NCBI GenBank assembly: GCA_965216875.1
Contig: OZ244207.1
Coordinates: 6,304,001 to 6,368,000 of the forward strand
Source: Rubripirellula sp.
Lineage (GTDB): Bacteria > Planctomycetota > Planctomycetia > Pirellulales > Pirellulaceae
DNA: 64,000 nt
Direction: 5' to 3'
Shown here: positions 1 to 9,203 of the stretch, piece after piece
Numbering within the stretch: position 1 is the stretch's first letter
Layout: every line of letters starts with the position of its first letter
Notes under the pieces: model-generated
The model's input: the letters and a program-made list of their open reading frames with translations, nothing else
Told to the model about the DNA's origin: nothing
The model's database searches: none
Made by a program: the position numbers and the translations under genes

Positions 1-1
1 T

Positions 2-1210
2 TTGCCTGTGCTTGTCGTTGACGACAACGAAACAAATCGTCACATCCTCGAACAAATGATGTTGACCTGGAAATGCGCTCCCACCATGGCCAGCAGTGTC
101 TCGTCGGCGATGGAGTTGCTTGAGCAAGCGCAGCGAGACGAAAAACCGTTCTCGTTGGTGGTGACTGACATTCATATGCCAGACCAAGATGGTTTCGATT
201 TGATCGAGTTGATTCGTGGCAATGCCGATGTTTGCGAAACTCCGATCATCATTTTGACATCGGGTGTCGGGATCGACGACATGCAGCGAAGCCAACAACT
301 GGCCGTCGCCGCTCACTTGATGAAGCCAGTCAAGCAGTCAGAGCTGTTAGACGCGATCTTGGTCACGATGGGCAACAAATCAGCCGAGTCATCGACGGCA
401 GCGCGAAATATCTTGGCGAGTGGTCTCGGAACCGAGCGACTGAATTTGCTGTTGGTCGAGGATGGGCTTGCCAATCAGCAACTTGCGATAGGATTGTTGC
501 GCCGCTGGGGGCACGATGTTGAGGTTGCCGAGAACGGTGCTGTTGCCGTTGAAAAGCACCGCAACGGCGAATACGACGCGATTCTGATGGACTTGCAAAT
601 GCCCGTGATGGACGGGTTCGAAGCAACAAAATTGATCCGCGAAGCCGAAGATCGTGATCAGGTTGCCGCGATCCCAATCATTGCGATGACGGCACACGCG
701 TTGGTTGGTGATCAAGAGCGATGTCTTGCGGCTGGAATGGATGGCTACGTTTCCAAGCCCATCCGCCAAAAGGACCTGTTTGATGCCCTCGCGGCTGTCG
801 CTCCCATCGACCCCTTGCGATTGACGGGGATGAATCCGGCAGCGAAACCGGTTCAAGCAACAACGAACGAAGAGATGGGCGACCGAGTCGACATGAGTGC
901 GGCGCTCGAAACGATGGACGGTGACCGCAGCATTCTCGACTCGGTCATCAACGCGTTCCTGCAAGAAGGCCCTAAGTTGTTGGATCAGCTGTTGGACGCG
1001 GCGCAAGAAAAAGACTTCAAGCGATTGCGTCGGTCAGCTCATACCTTGAAAGGCAACTACATGATCTTGAAGCAAGAGAACATGCGGAGTCTTGCAGAGA
1101 AGGTCGAAAAGAATGCGGCCGACGAAAAAGTGGAAACCGATCTGGTCGATCAATTGCACGCTCGATCGAAATCGGTGATGCAACAACTCAAAGCGTTCTT
1201 GGATGGGTAA
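2..1210 (+). CDS. C-terminal part of a hybrid sensor histidine kinase (REC-REC-Hpt), 5' truncated by the window edge
   Basis: Two receiver domains (VLVVDD..VVTDIHMP..KP; LLVED..ILMDLQMP..KP) and Hpt motif RSAHTLKG. Confidence 0.9.
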   Translation: MPVLVVDDNETNRHILEQMMLTWKCAPTMASSVSSAMELLEQAQRDEKPFSLVVTDIHMPDQDGFDLIELIRGNADVCETPIIILTSGVGIDDMQRSQQLAVAAHLMKPVKQSELLDAILVTMGNKSAESSTAARNILASGLGTERLNLLLVEDGLANQQLAIGLLRRWGHDVEVAENGAVAVEKHRNGEYDAILMDLQMPVMDGFEATKLIREAEDRDQVAAIPIIAMTAHALVGDQERCLAAGMDGYVSKPIRQKDLFDALAAVAPIDPLRLTGMNPAAKPVQATTNEEMGDRVDMSAALETMDGDRSILDSVINAFLQEGPKLLDQLLDAAQEKDFKRLRRSAHTLKGNYMILKQENMRSLAEKVEKNAADEKVETDLVDQLHARSKSVMQQLKAFLDG

Positions 1211-1216
1211 CGCACC

Positions 1217-1298
1217 GTTTGTAGTCCCGCCTTCAGGCGGAGCGCGTGAAGATTTCGGCTAAAGCTCGGTACGACGAACAGCCAGCGCGTCGGCTCAC
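1217..1298. repeat. REP-like mosaic: family A inverted doublet plus family C half
   Basis: gtttGTAGtcccgccttcaggcgg ... ttcggctaaagctcggtacgacgaac, then gccagcgcgtcggctcac; lies between convergent genes. Confidence 0.85.
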
Positions 1299-1321
1299 AA
1301 AAGCCATGCCGCACGCGGGAC

Positions 1322-2275
1322 CTAAAGCTCGAGCGCGGCCGCGACGACCGCTTTGGATTTCTCCAAGCCCTCGACACACACTTCCAACGCATCACGTTGC
1401 CAATAGTCGCGGTTGAACAGTTCCAGCGAGAAAGCACCCGCAAACCCGCTGTCGATCAATCCACGGATCAGTTGCGGTAAGGGGCAATCGCCGTCGCCGG
1501 GAAAGACGCGGTCAGCGTCGCCGATTTTGTCCAGCGGGATGTCGCCGGGATAATCGTTCATGTGAAAGCAATGCATGCGGGATGCTTCGATCATTCCCAA
1601 CGATGCAAAGTCATTGCCGCCTTTGTAAATGTGATAGAAATCCGGCAAGACGCAGGCGCTCGGGTGTGCTGCGCCCGTTGCAACAAATGCGAGTTCGCTG
1701 AGCTTGCTCAGTGTGGGCGAGAATCCCCACAGTTCGAGTTGGGGAATCACACCTGTTTCGTCGCCGACTTCAAGCAGCGCACGATACCTCTGGGCGATGG
1801 CTGGCAGCGGTGGCGAAACGCTATCGCCGCGATGCGCACCGACCGGCGGCGCGGCCATCAAGGTTCCGCCGATCGCTTTGACCAATTCCATGTCATGACG
1901 AGCCTGCTTGAGACCCTTGGCACGTTCCCCATCGTCGTCGCTGATCCAATTTGCGAAGCCGATGGCGCTGTCCACCGTTAGCCCAGAGTCTGCGATTTGC
2001 TTTTTCAAGTCGGCAAGTTTGCCACCCTTGTTGACGTAGGCTTCGATGTCGCGAATCCAAGGCTCGATCCCGTCATAGCCTGCTTTGGCAGCGACTTCGA
2101 TTTGTTTGTCGATCGTCAATTCCTGGCCGCGAATCGTACTGGTGTTCAGGGCAAAGCGGACAGGCATTGAGGGGTCTTTCATCGGTGTGGCGGCTTGGAG
2201 TGGAAGTGAAGGAAGGGATGCTGCCGCGGTCATTGCGGAGGCGGCAACCAATAGGTCGCGACGGTCAAGCTTCAT
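1322..2275 (-). CDS. Tat-exported sugar phosphate isomerase/epimerase (xylose isomerase-like TIM barrel)
   Basis: Twin-arginine signal MKLDRRDLL; AGYDGIEPW, ELWG, DFYH, HMND and SLELFN motifs; start reassigned to ATG 2275. Confidence 0.85.
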   Translation of the reverse strand: MKLDRRDLLVAASAMTAAASLPSLPLQAATPMKDPSMPVRFALNTSTIRGQELTIDKQIEVAAKAGYDGIEPWIRDIEAYVNKGGKLADLKKQIADSGLTVDSAIGFANWISDDDGERAKGLKQARHDMELVKAIGGTLMAAPPVGAHRGDSVSPPLPAIAQRYRALLEVGDETGVIPQLELWGFSPTLSKLSELAFVATGAAHPSACVLPDFYHIYKGGNDFASLGMIEASRMHCFHMNDYPGDIPLDKIGDADRVFPGDGDCPLPQLIRGLIDSGFAGAFSLELFNRDYWQRDALEVCVEGLEKSKAVVAAALEL

Positions 2276-2420
2276 CGTTGATCGGTCTCGAGGCGGGGAT
2301 CGGCAAAGGAAGGACCACCAGATTAGCAAGAATGATCCAGCACGCCGAACGGTCGAGAAAGAAATCGACGAAATTACGCCGGCTACCGCCTTGCCGCTTA
2401 CCGGTGGGTTTTTCAGTGAC

Positions 2421-2500
2421 CGTAGCTACGCTCGCCAGAGCGTGGTGAAAGTGGAAAGCGGTCAACGATTAGAAAATCACCTTCTAGCGAAGGTAGCAAC
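2421..2500. repeat. REP-like family B inverted doublet
   Basis: cGTAGctacgctcgccagagcgtgg ... caccttctagcgaaggtagcaac; relatives at 14346, 37238, 53956 and 54010. Confidence 0.8.
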
Positions 2501-2512
2501 TGGCTGTGACTG

Positions 2513-3073
2513 CTACCGAGTCAACGATGTCATCCGCACGGCCTGCGTCGCCGCGGCACCAAAGAGCCGCTCGAATTCCTTGACCGCAATTTCTCGAAGG
2601 CCGGTAGGAAGAATCCCGATCGCCATTCGGTAGGTATCGAAAGAGTCCCCTTTTTTCCCTTCGAGGTACAACTTTCGCGCGTGTCGAACGAGCGCCTTGC
2701 CCTCTTCGGTTGGCGATACCCGTTTTCTCGTTTGCTTGCCCGCGATCAGCTCCTCTTTGCTCATGCCAAGAAGCTGACGGTCAATTGCGTTGTGATCAAT
2801 GATCGTGGCGTGGACCGAGGCACCTGAACGGCCGAGCGATGAACCAAAACCGCGGCTGAGTCCACGACGATTCATCCCGGTGGCGGACCGATTGACGCCG
2901 CCCAGGTAGGTGCTTCCACCAGCAGGTACGACGACTGTCCCGTTGTACGAGAAGGATGAAAACGATGGCAATTGTACCGTCGTTGGAAGCTGAGCCAACG
3001 CCGACTTGGCATCAGCCAGACAAACGCAAAACGCAAAGAGCGCGATCAAAGTCCACCCGTGCCGTCGCATCAC
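2513..3073 (-). CDS. Secreted hypothetical protein with a secretin-C-terminus-like segment and a helical TPR-like tail
   Basis: Signal peptide (..ALA-QLP); VQLPSF..TVVVPAGGSTYLGG; start overlaps the msrA stop. Confidence 0.65.
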   Translation of the reverse strand: MMRRHGWTLIALFAFCVCLADAKSALAQLPTTVQLPSFSSFSYNGTVVVPAGGSTYLGGVNRSATGMNRRGLSRGFGSSLGRSGASVHATIIDHNAIDRQLLGMSKEELIAGKQTRKRVSPTEEGKALVRHARKLYLEGKKGDSFDTYRMAIGILPTGLREIAVKEFERLFGAAATQAVRMTSLTR

Positions 3074-3801
3074 TTCTCTCCAGGTTTCTTGATTTTGTCG
3101 CCGAAGTTCCGATTGAACTTTCGAACCTTGTTACGAACGACAACTTGGCAATAACCAGCGTTTGGATTTCGACGGTAGTAATCTTGGTGGTAAGCTTCGG
3201 CTGGATAAAACTTGGTTGCCTTTTCAAGCTTGGTCACGATGGGTTGATTGAACTCACCTGAAGCGTCCAGCTTCTTGATGTATTTTTCAGCAGCTTCTTT
3301 TTGCTCGTCGTCGTGATAGAAGATCGAGCTGCGGTATTGAGGACCCTCGTCGTTTCCTTGACGATTGAGCGTGGTGGGGTCGTGTGTCTTGAAAAAGACT
3401 TCCATCAACTCGTCATAGGTCGTCACCGAAGGATCGTAGTAGATCTCGCAACCCTCGGCGTGGCCGGTGGTCTTGCGACAAACTTCTTCGTAGGTTGGGT
3501 TTTCGACGTGCCCACCGATGTAGCCCGAGATGACATCGTTGACGCCTTGCATTCGTTCGAAGACGGCTTCGGTACACCAGAAACAGCCGCCGGCGAAGGT
3601 CGCGACCTTTTCTTTCGATTCGGTGTTCTCTTCGCTTGTTGACTCAGATTCAGCGGGTTGATCTGACACCAATGGGGCTCCTGGGTTGGCGGACTCGGCT
3701 GTGGTGTCGATGCTTAGTAGGAAACCGCCGACCAACAGACCGAGCAAGGATGCGAGAACCAAAAATGTTCGTGTGGCCGGTAGATGATTGGGCGAAGACA
3801 T
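3070..3801 (-). CDS. msrA: Peptide-methionine (S)-S-oxide reductase, exported or membrane-anchored
   Basis: FAGGCFWC, TGHAE, GPQYRS and YPAEAYHQDYY motifs; N-terminal hydrophobic signal. Confidence 0.97.
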   Translation of the reverse strand: MSSPNHLPATRTFLVLASLLGLLVGGFLLSIDTTAESANPGAPLVSDQPAESESTSEENTESKEKVATFAGGCFWCTEAVFERMQGVNDVISGYIGGHVENPTYEEVCRKTTGHAEGCEIYYDPSVTTYDELMEVFFKTHDPTTLNRQGNDEGPQYRSSIFYHDDEQKEAAEKYIKKLDASGEFNQPIVTKLEKATKFYPAEAYHQDYYRRNPNAGYCQVVVRNKVRKFNRNFGDKIKKPGEK

Positions 3802-4047
3802 CTCAGACTTTAGGCTCCGGTACAGTTCGGTTAAGAAACGCGGTGCATGATTTCATGATACGCGTGGACTTCCATGATATGCATGAAAGTCCGTGTTTTG
3901 TCCATTCCTTTTTGCGTTGTTTGACCCGGCTGCGTTCTTTTGAGGCCGGATGACACTGCTGAGGGCCCTCGGTCGGGCATCGAATCTGGCTGAAGGAACA
4001 CCCTGATTTTGAGCTTTGGCATCGTATCAAAGCGTCCACCACCGATC

Positions 4048-4482
4048 ATGAATGACTTTTTTGACCGTCACCACGTCGTCGGGGATGACGAAATCGATGC
4101 CCAGAACCATGTTCACAATTTGCGGTATTTGCAGTGGACGCTTTGGGCCGCGGGTGACCACACCCGCCAATTGGGTTGGGATTCAAAGGCTGAATTGGAA
4201 CGCGGATTTGGGTGGGTCGTTCGCAGCCACGACGTGACCTATCGTGCCGCGGCGTTGGCAGGCGACCAGATCGTCGTCAGGACTTGGGTGTCGGAGATCG
4301 CAAAATTTGCGTCGCGGCGAAAATATGTCGTTTGTCGGCCAGCAGACAAAACGATTCTGGCGCGGGTCGAAACGCGGTGGGTGTACGTCGACCTGAATGC
4401 TCATAAAGTGGTTGCCATTCCCAAGGATGCTCTCGAGCAGCTTGTGATCCCTTGCCAAACTCCGCCGTTGCCCTGGGAGTAG
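4048..4482 (+). CDS. Acyl-CoA thioesterase (4HBT/YbgC-like hotdog fold)
   Basis: EIDAQNHVHNLRYL motif; ATG at 4048. Confidence 0.88.
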   Translation: MNDFFDRHHVVGDDEIDAQNHVHNLRYLQWTLWAAGDHTRQLGWDSKAELERGFGWVVRSHDVTYRAAALAGDQIVVRTWVSEIAKFASRRKYVVCRPADKTILARVETRWVYVDLNAHKVVAIPKDALEQLVIPCQTPPLPWE

Positions 4483-4486
4483 ACCG

Positions 4487-4963
4487 TTGTCCAAAGGCCC
4501 CGTATCCAATGGCCCCGACCAAACTGGAGATACCTCGGACCTACCAGGTCGATACGAGCGGTGGTTGATCTTGCTGCTGCGCGGCGTCGCGGTGATCACT
4601 TGGCTTGCTTTCCTTGCCGCCGTGATGCCCGAAAAGTGGATCGTAGAAATCTCGGAAGAGCTTGGCTTTGATCCCTTTCCTCATTCGCCACTCACCTTTT
4701 ATCTCGCTCGCAACCTGTCGCTGTTGTACGGAATGGTTGGTGCAGGTTTATGGCTTATCACGTTTGACTTTGATCGCTACCAACCGCTGATCAAGTATTT
4801 CGCACTCGGCACCATTGCTTTCGGAGCATTGCAGTTGGTGGTTGACTTTCAAGCGTCGATGCCCATTTGGTGGACGCTTGGTGAATCGGTCTCCACCATG
4901 TTAGGCGGCATGCTTGTTGGATGGCTGGACCGCAAAGTCTGTTGGGAACGCGCAAACGCTTGA
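4487..4963 (+). CDS. Hypothetical 4-TM membrane protein
   Basis: Four hydrophobic segments; starts 4 bp after the thioesterase stop. Confidence 0.7.
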   Translation: MSKGPVSNGPDQTGDTSDLPGRYERWLILLLRGVAVITWLAFLAAVMPEKWIVEISEELGFDPFPHSPLTFYLARNLSLLYGMVGAGLWLITFDFDRYQPLIKYFALGTIAFGALQLVVDFQASMPIWWTLGESVSTMLGGMLVGWLDRKVCWERANA

Positions 4964-4968
4964 GTTTG

Positions 4969-5598
4969 TTAAAAAACCAGATTCTGGATGCGATCGATCG
5001 ACCATTGCGTTTGATCGATCGAGCGAAGCGGCGGAATTCGACTCAGGTAGGTGTCAGGTAAGCCCTTATCCTGCAGGAATCGTTTGGTCGCATCCATTTC
5101 GCGGTCCCGAAAGGATTCGGCTTGTTGATAGATCCGAACACCAAGGATCGAATCCGCGAGGCGAGTGATCACGCGGCGCCATTGTTCGGCGTCTTGGTTG
5201 TTCGCATCGATCGGTGCTGGTCGATGTTGTTGCGAAGCAAACGCCGCGCAAACGCTCTCGCGCCAACTCATCGGATCTGAAGGCGAATCGAACCGTTCCG
5301 CAATTTCTTCTTCGACCAAGCGATCGACTTCGAAAAAGGTGGCATCGACGGCGGCATCGAAGATGGCCGCTGGTTCTGGTGGCAGTTTGGGTGTCAATAA
5401 AGCGGCGGTCGCTTCATCGAGCAACCAGAGTCGTTGTCGCCAATCCCACTGGTCGTACCAGTCGATGCCATAGGTGATCGGTTCGTCGTCTTCGCGGCCT
5501 TCACGCACAAGGGCGTCAACCATCACGCCCACAGCTCCCTTGACGAGGGCTGCTTCCCTTCCGACGAGGACTCGATTTCCGGTACAGGTTGACCACAT
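4969..5598 (-). CDS. Hypothetical protein (Trp/Asp-rich, helical)
   Basis: Clean ~209-aa ORF with protein-like composition; ATG at 5598. Confidence 0.65.
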   Translation of the reverse strand: MWSTCTGNRVLVGREAALVKGAVGVMVDALVREGREDDEPITYGIDWYDQWDWRQRLWLLDEATAALLTPKLPPEPAAIFDAAVDATFFEVDRLVEEEIAERFDSPSDPMSWRESVCAAFASQQHRPAPIDANNQDAEQWRRVITRLADSILGVRIYQQAESFRDREMDATKRFLQDKGLPDTYLSRIPPLRSIDQTQWSIDRIQNLVF

Positions 5599-5732
5599 GT
5601 GTCCAGTTTGAACCAAACACTCGCCAAGGTGAACAGGAGGTCATCGTGGACGTGCGCGAACTCGTTGCTTTCCATGGTTGCGCATAAACTTGGTACTTAC
5701 ACCATGCGGAACTTCTTCGTCGCGTTTTCATT

Positions 5733-7241
5733 GTGGGGACACCAATGAGCTTACGCCTCTTTTTGGCAGCCTTTTCGATTCTGGGTTTGGCCACAAGTTG
5801 CCTCGGACAGGGCAACGCAACGTCAAGCAAGTTGGTGACATCCAAACAGCTCAAGGACTGGGAAGTCGAGCCCAACGTTGTACTTGGTCGCGAGCTGGTG
5901 TTGTTGACCAAGGTGATCGACGACGCCAAACGCGCTGAAAGCGAAGCGACGCAATTGCGGACGGAGATCGCAATCATTTCGTCCAACGTCGTTGTGCCCT
6001 CAGGGCTTTACGGTTCGCAGTATTCACAGAATCAAGCGGACACGCTCACCTCGCTCGAGTCAGATGCAAATCGGATCGCATCGTACGGCCAAGGAATCGA
6101 CGATCGGATTCGGCAAGTCAAAGAATGGCTTTCGGAGGCCTCCGAGGAAAACGCTGACGCCGAAGTACCCACAAAAATCCTCGGCGACTTAAACGCAATT
6201 CAAACGCAAATCGATCACGATCGCGCTGCGATTGCCCAGCATTCTGAGCGGCTGGACCGGATTCAGTTGGTGCTGATGGTTCGTGACGAGACCCTCAACG
6301 CAAGCCAACAGCGTCTCGATCTCTTGAAGAGCAGTTCCATCGAAACGATGCCTCCCAGTCAGCCCATGGGATTTGGAGGCGGCGGCTTCGGCGAAAACTT
6401 GATGCGACCGACTGGGGCATCGAATCAGTCGACCGCAACACGTACAGACGCGCTTGAAACGGTGGCTCAACTCGAATCAGAATCGCAGACGCTCGCGGTT
6501 GAGGCTGCGGAACTGGTCAACAATCATGCTCGCGTGATTAGTTTTTGGAAAGCGACCACGGAGCGCGCCGTCGCGATGCTTCAGGAATTGGACGGTGTCC
6601 AAGCAGAAATTGCTGAGAGTCTCGCACAGTTGCAGACGCAAAAAGAGCAGGTTGAAAACGCGTTGTCCAAACGCGATGCCGACTTGGTTCAATTCGAGAT
6701 CAACAAGATGCTCGTCTGGGCCGTCTACGGAATGATCGTGACCATCATCGCCCTGTTCGTGCTGCTGAAGTATTTTCCGACTTCGCTGACCGACTTGATC
6801 GTTGAACAACGCGTCGTGGTGGAAGTCCTCAGTATGGGATTCTTGCTGGTCACCGTCATCATCTTAGGATCCGCCAAGTTGATTCAAGGCGAAGGTCTCG
6901 CGGGGTTGCTTGGCACGATCGCAGGCTACATCTTTGCCAAGAAGACATCTGATCTGATGTCGGGCGACAAACCTGGATCGACCGAATCACTTGAACGTCG
7001 GTTGATGCAAAGCCAACTCGAGCTGGCCGAACTCAATGACAAACTTGACGCCTACAAGGCTCAAGTCGGTTCGAAACCAACGCCGGGTCAGCAACAGACG
7101 CTCGAGAAGCTCCAACGCCAAGTCCGGCTTGCAGCTAGCCGAAGAGATACGTTCCGTGAAGCGCTTGCGCGAGAAGGCAGGTCGACGCCACCAGCTGCGA
7201 TGCCCGAAAGCGAGACGAATCCAAAGCCAGATAAGAAATAG
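5733..7241 (+). CDS. Hypothetical exported coiled-coil protein with a C-terminal 3-TM block and cytoplasmic coiled coil
   Basis: Signal/lipobox-like LATSC; long heptad-rich region; TMs ending GLLGTIAGYIFAK. Confidence 0.75.
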   Translation: MGTPMSLRLFLAAFSILGLATSCLGQGNATSSKLVTSKQLKDWEVEPNVVLGRELVLLTKVIDDAKRAESEATQLRTEIAIISSNVVVPSGLYGSQYSQNQADTLTSLESDANRIASYGQGIDDRIRQVKEWLSEASEENADAEVPTKILGDLNAIQTQIDHDRAAIAQHSERLDRIQLVLMVRDETLNASQQRLDLLKSSSIETMPPSQPMGFGGGGFGENLMRPTGASNQSTATRTDALETVAQLESESQTLAVEAAELVNNHARVISFWKATTERAVAMLQELDGVQAEIAESLAQLQTQKEQVENALSKRDADLVQFEINKMLVWAVYGMIVTIIALFVLLKYFPTSLTDLIVEQRVVVEVLSMGFLLVTVIILGSAKLIQGEGLAGLLGTIAGYIFAKKTSDLMSGDKPGSTESLERRLMQSQLELAELNDKLDAYKAQVGSKPTPGQQQTLEKLQRQVRLAASRRDTFREALAREGRSTPPAAMPESETNPKPDKK

Positions 7242-7252
7242 ATGGGGCCAGC

Positions 7253-7828
7253 TTAGTTGAGCATGCCTTTGACATCTTTTAGCAGTGTCGCGACATCGAT
7301 TTTGTCAGCATCAAAGCAGTGCGTTGCAACGACCTGGCTGTCTTTGGCAACCACAATCGAAACTTCAACGGCTTCGGGCAACTTGTAATTGACCGGGCCT
7401 GTTTTGTTTTCTTTTGCAACAACGAATGGAACTTTCTTTGCCCCCGACGCTTCTGCGATCTTTTTGGCGTCTTCACGCAGGACAGCGGCATCTTCGCCCA
7501 TCAACGTCATCAGCCCGCGAAGTTTGTAGTCTTCGTTTGCAGCAACTGCCGAGTCGAGCTGTTTGACAAGCTCGGGCACTTTGCCGCCGGTGTTTCGCGC
7601 GAACACCATGACCATCGGGCTGGAACCATATCGACATCGATAACAAAGATCATCACCCGGTTGAACGCCATCGTCTTCTGCGCCTGCGACCTTGGTAACG
7701 TAAAACGCACCGATTGCTTCGCCGGTCTTTAATCCGACTTGCGAGTCGTCAGCGACAAGGACCGTGCAAGTCATGGCAAAGGTCAATGCGCTACAGAACA
7801 AAACTCGGCTCAATACCAACCGTGACAT
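7253..7828 (-). CDS. Secreted thioredoxin-like hypothetical protein with CxxC
   Basis: Signal peptide; GLKTGEAIGAF..DLCYRCRYG..VMVFAR; GGAG upstream of ATG 7828. Confidence 0.7.
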   Translation of the reverse strand: MSRLVLSRVLFCSALTFAMTCTVLVADDSQVGLKTGEAIGAFYVTKVAGAEDDGVQPGDDLCYRCRYGSSPMVMVFARNTGGKVPELVKQLDSAVAANEDYKLRGLMTLMGEDAAVLREDAKKIAEASGAKKVPFVVAKENKTGPVNYKLPEAVEVSIVVAKDSQVVATHCFDADKIDVATLLKDVKGMLN

Positions 7829-8135
7829 CACGACTTCTCCAATCCCATCTGACGCATCAAAGAAAAGGGATAACCCCGAACGGACTGATCGTGCAAAACC
7901 GCCTTTAGACCTGGGTGGTTGCAAGTAGACTCACAACCGCAAGGCCGGCCATTATCTCGCTGCGTGGTGAATTGGATACCCCGCAGCGGGGCGGTTTTTT
8001 CAGATCCGCGTTTTTCCGCGGCACAAACACTGGAATGCGGCTGATTTGCTAGCTCAATTCAGCCTGTGCAAGCAGGTGTCCGATTGGATCGCCCGCGGCG
8101 TTTGCGCGAAATCGCGTGGTGGAAAACCTGTTCGA

Positions 8136-9176
8136 CTACGCCGTTTGCGGCTGGATGACCACTTTCATTTGGTCCGGATCTCCCGCATGAAGTCGTTCGA
8201 ACCATTGTGGTCCATCGCCCAGGGAGATCTTGGCGGTGATCAGAGGCGCGACATTGATGATCCCTCGGTTCATCAGATCGATGCACTGGGGGTATTCGCC
8301 ATTGCAACCGCAGGTTCCGTGCAGCGAGATTTCGCGGGTGACGACCGATTGAAGCGGCAGGTCGATGGTGGGCGAGACGTTTCCAACCAAAGTGACGTTG
8401 CCACCTTTGCGAACGGATTCGATCGCCGTGACCACCGTTGGCGTAGCCCCGACCACTTCCATCGCGATGTCGGCGCCGCGGCCTTCGGTCATTTCGCGAA
8501 CGACAGCGGGCACATCAACTTGGTCACTCCTCAACACATCGGTGGCTCCAAGTTCTTTGGCAACTTCAAGACGCTTGTCGTTGATGTCGACCGCAATCAC
8601 GCGCGAAGCACCGGCGGCGCGAACGGCTTGAAGTGTGAGTAGTCCAATCATGCCAGCTCCGACCACAACGGCCGTATCGCCGAGCACGACGGGGGTGACG
8701 TTGACGGCATGCACAGCAACCGAAACCGCTTCGACCAGTGCGGCATGTTCAAAGGGAAGCGTGTCGGGCAAGCGATACACGATGCGACGAGGAATGCTGA
8801 TACGCTCGGCAAATGCCCCATGACGACGATATTCGCCACACGAAACACCAAGCACCATACGGTTGTCACAAAGGTTGCGATGCCCGTCGAGACAGAACTC
8901 GCATTTGCCACAAGAGACCATCGAATCAAAGGTGACTCGCGTCCCGTTGGGCAAGTCGGTCACGTTGTCGCCGGTGGCAACCACGATGCCCGCAGCTTCG
9001 TGCCCCATCACCAAAGGTGGAATGCGACGGCCTGTGCTGCCGTCGTAACCATGAATGTCGCTGCCGCAAATGCCACATGCTTCGACTTGAACGAGGACGT
9101 CATCGGCGCCGACTTCGGGCTCGTCGACATCGGTGACTTGCATCTGCTTGTATTCAGTTAGCAATAAGGCTTTCAT
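8136..9176 (-). CDS. Zn-dependent sugar/polyol dehydrogenase (MDR family, galactitol-1-P/sorbitol dehydrogenase-like)
   Basis: GICGSDIH, GHEAAG, C-x2-C-x2-C-x7-C structural Zn site, GAGMIG. Confidence 0.92.
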   Translation of the reverse strand: MKALLLTEYKQMQVTDVDEPEVGADDVLVQVEACGICGSDIHGYDGSTGRRIPPLVMGHEAAGIVVATGDNVTDLPNGTRVTFDSMVSCGKCEFCLDGHRNLCDNRMVLGVSCGEYRRHGAFAERISIPRRIVYRLPDTLPFEHAALVEAVSVAVHAVNVTPVVLGDTAVVVGAGMIGLLTLQAVRAAGASRVIAVDINDKRLEVAKELGATDVLRSDQVDVPAVVREMTEGRGADIAMEVVGATPTVVTAIESVRKGGNVTLVGNVSPTIDLPLQSVVTREISLHGTCGCNGEYPQCIDLMNRGIINVAPLITAKISLGDGPQWFERLHAGDPDQMKVVIQPQTA

Positions 9177-9203
9177 GATGTGAGCTCGATCGGTCTCTTG
9201 TGA

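Noticed and set aside
7953..8000. Hairpin ctcgctgcg..cgcagcggg followed by a T tract as a terminator or ncRNA
   Set aside because: The loop is large and the T tract is on the strand opposite to both flanking genes; support is too weak.
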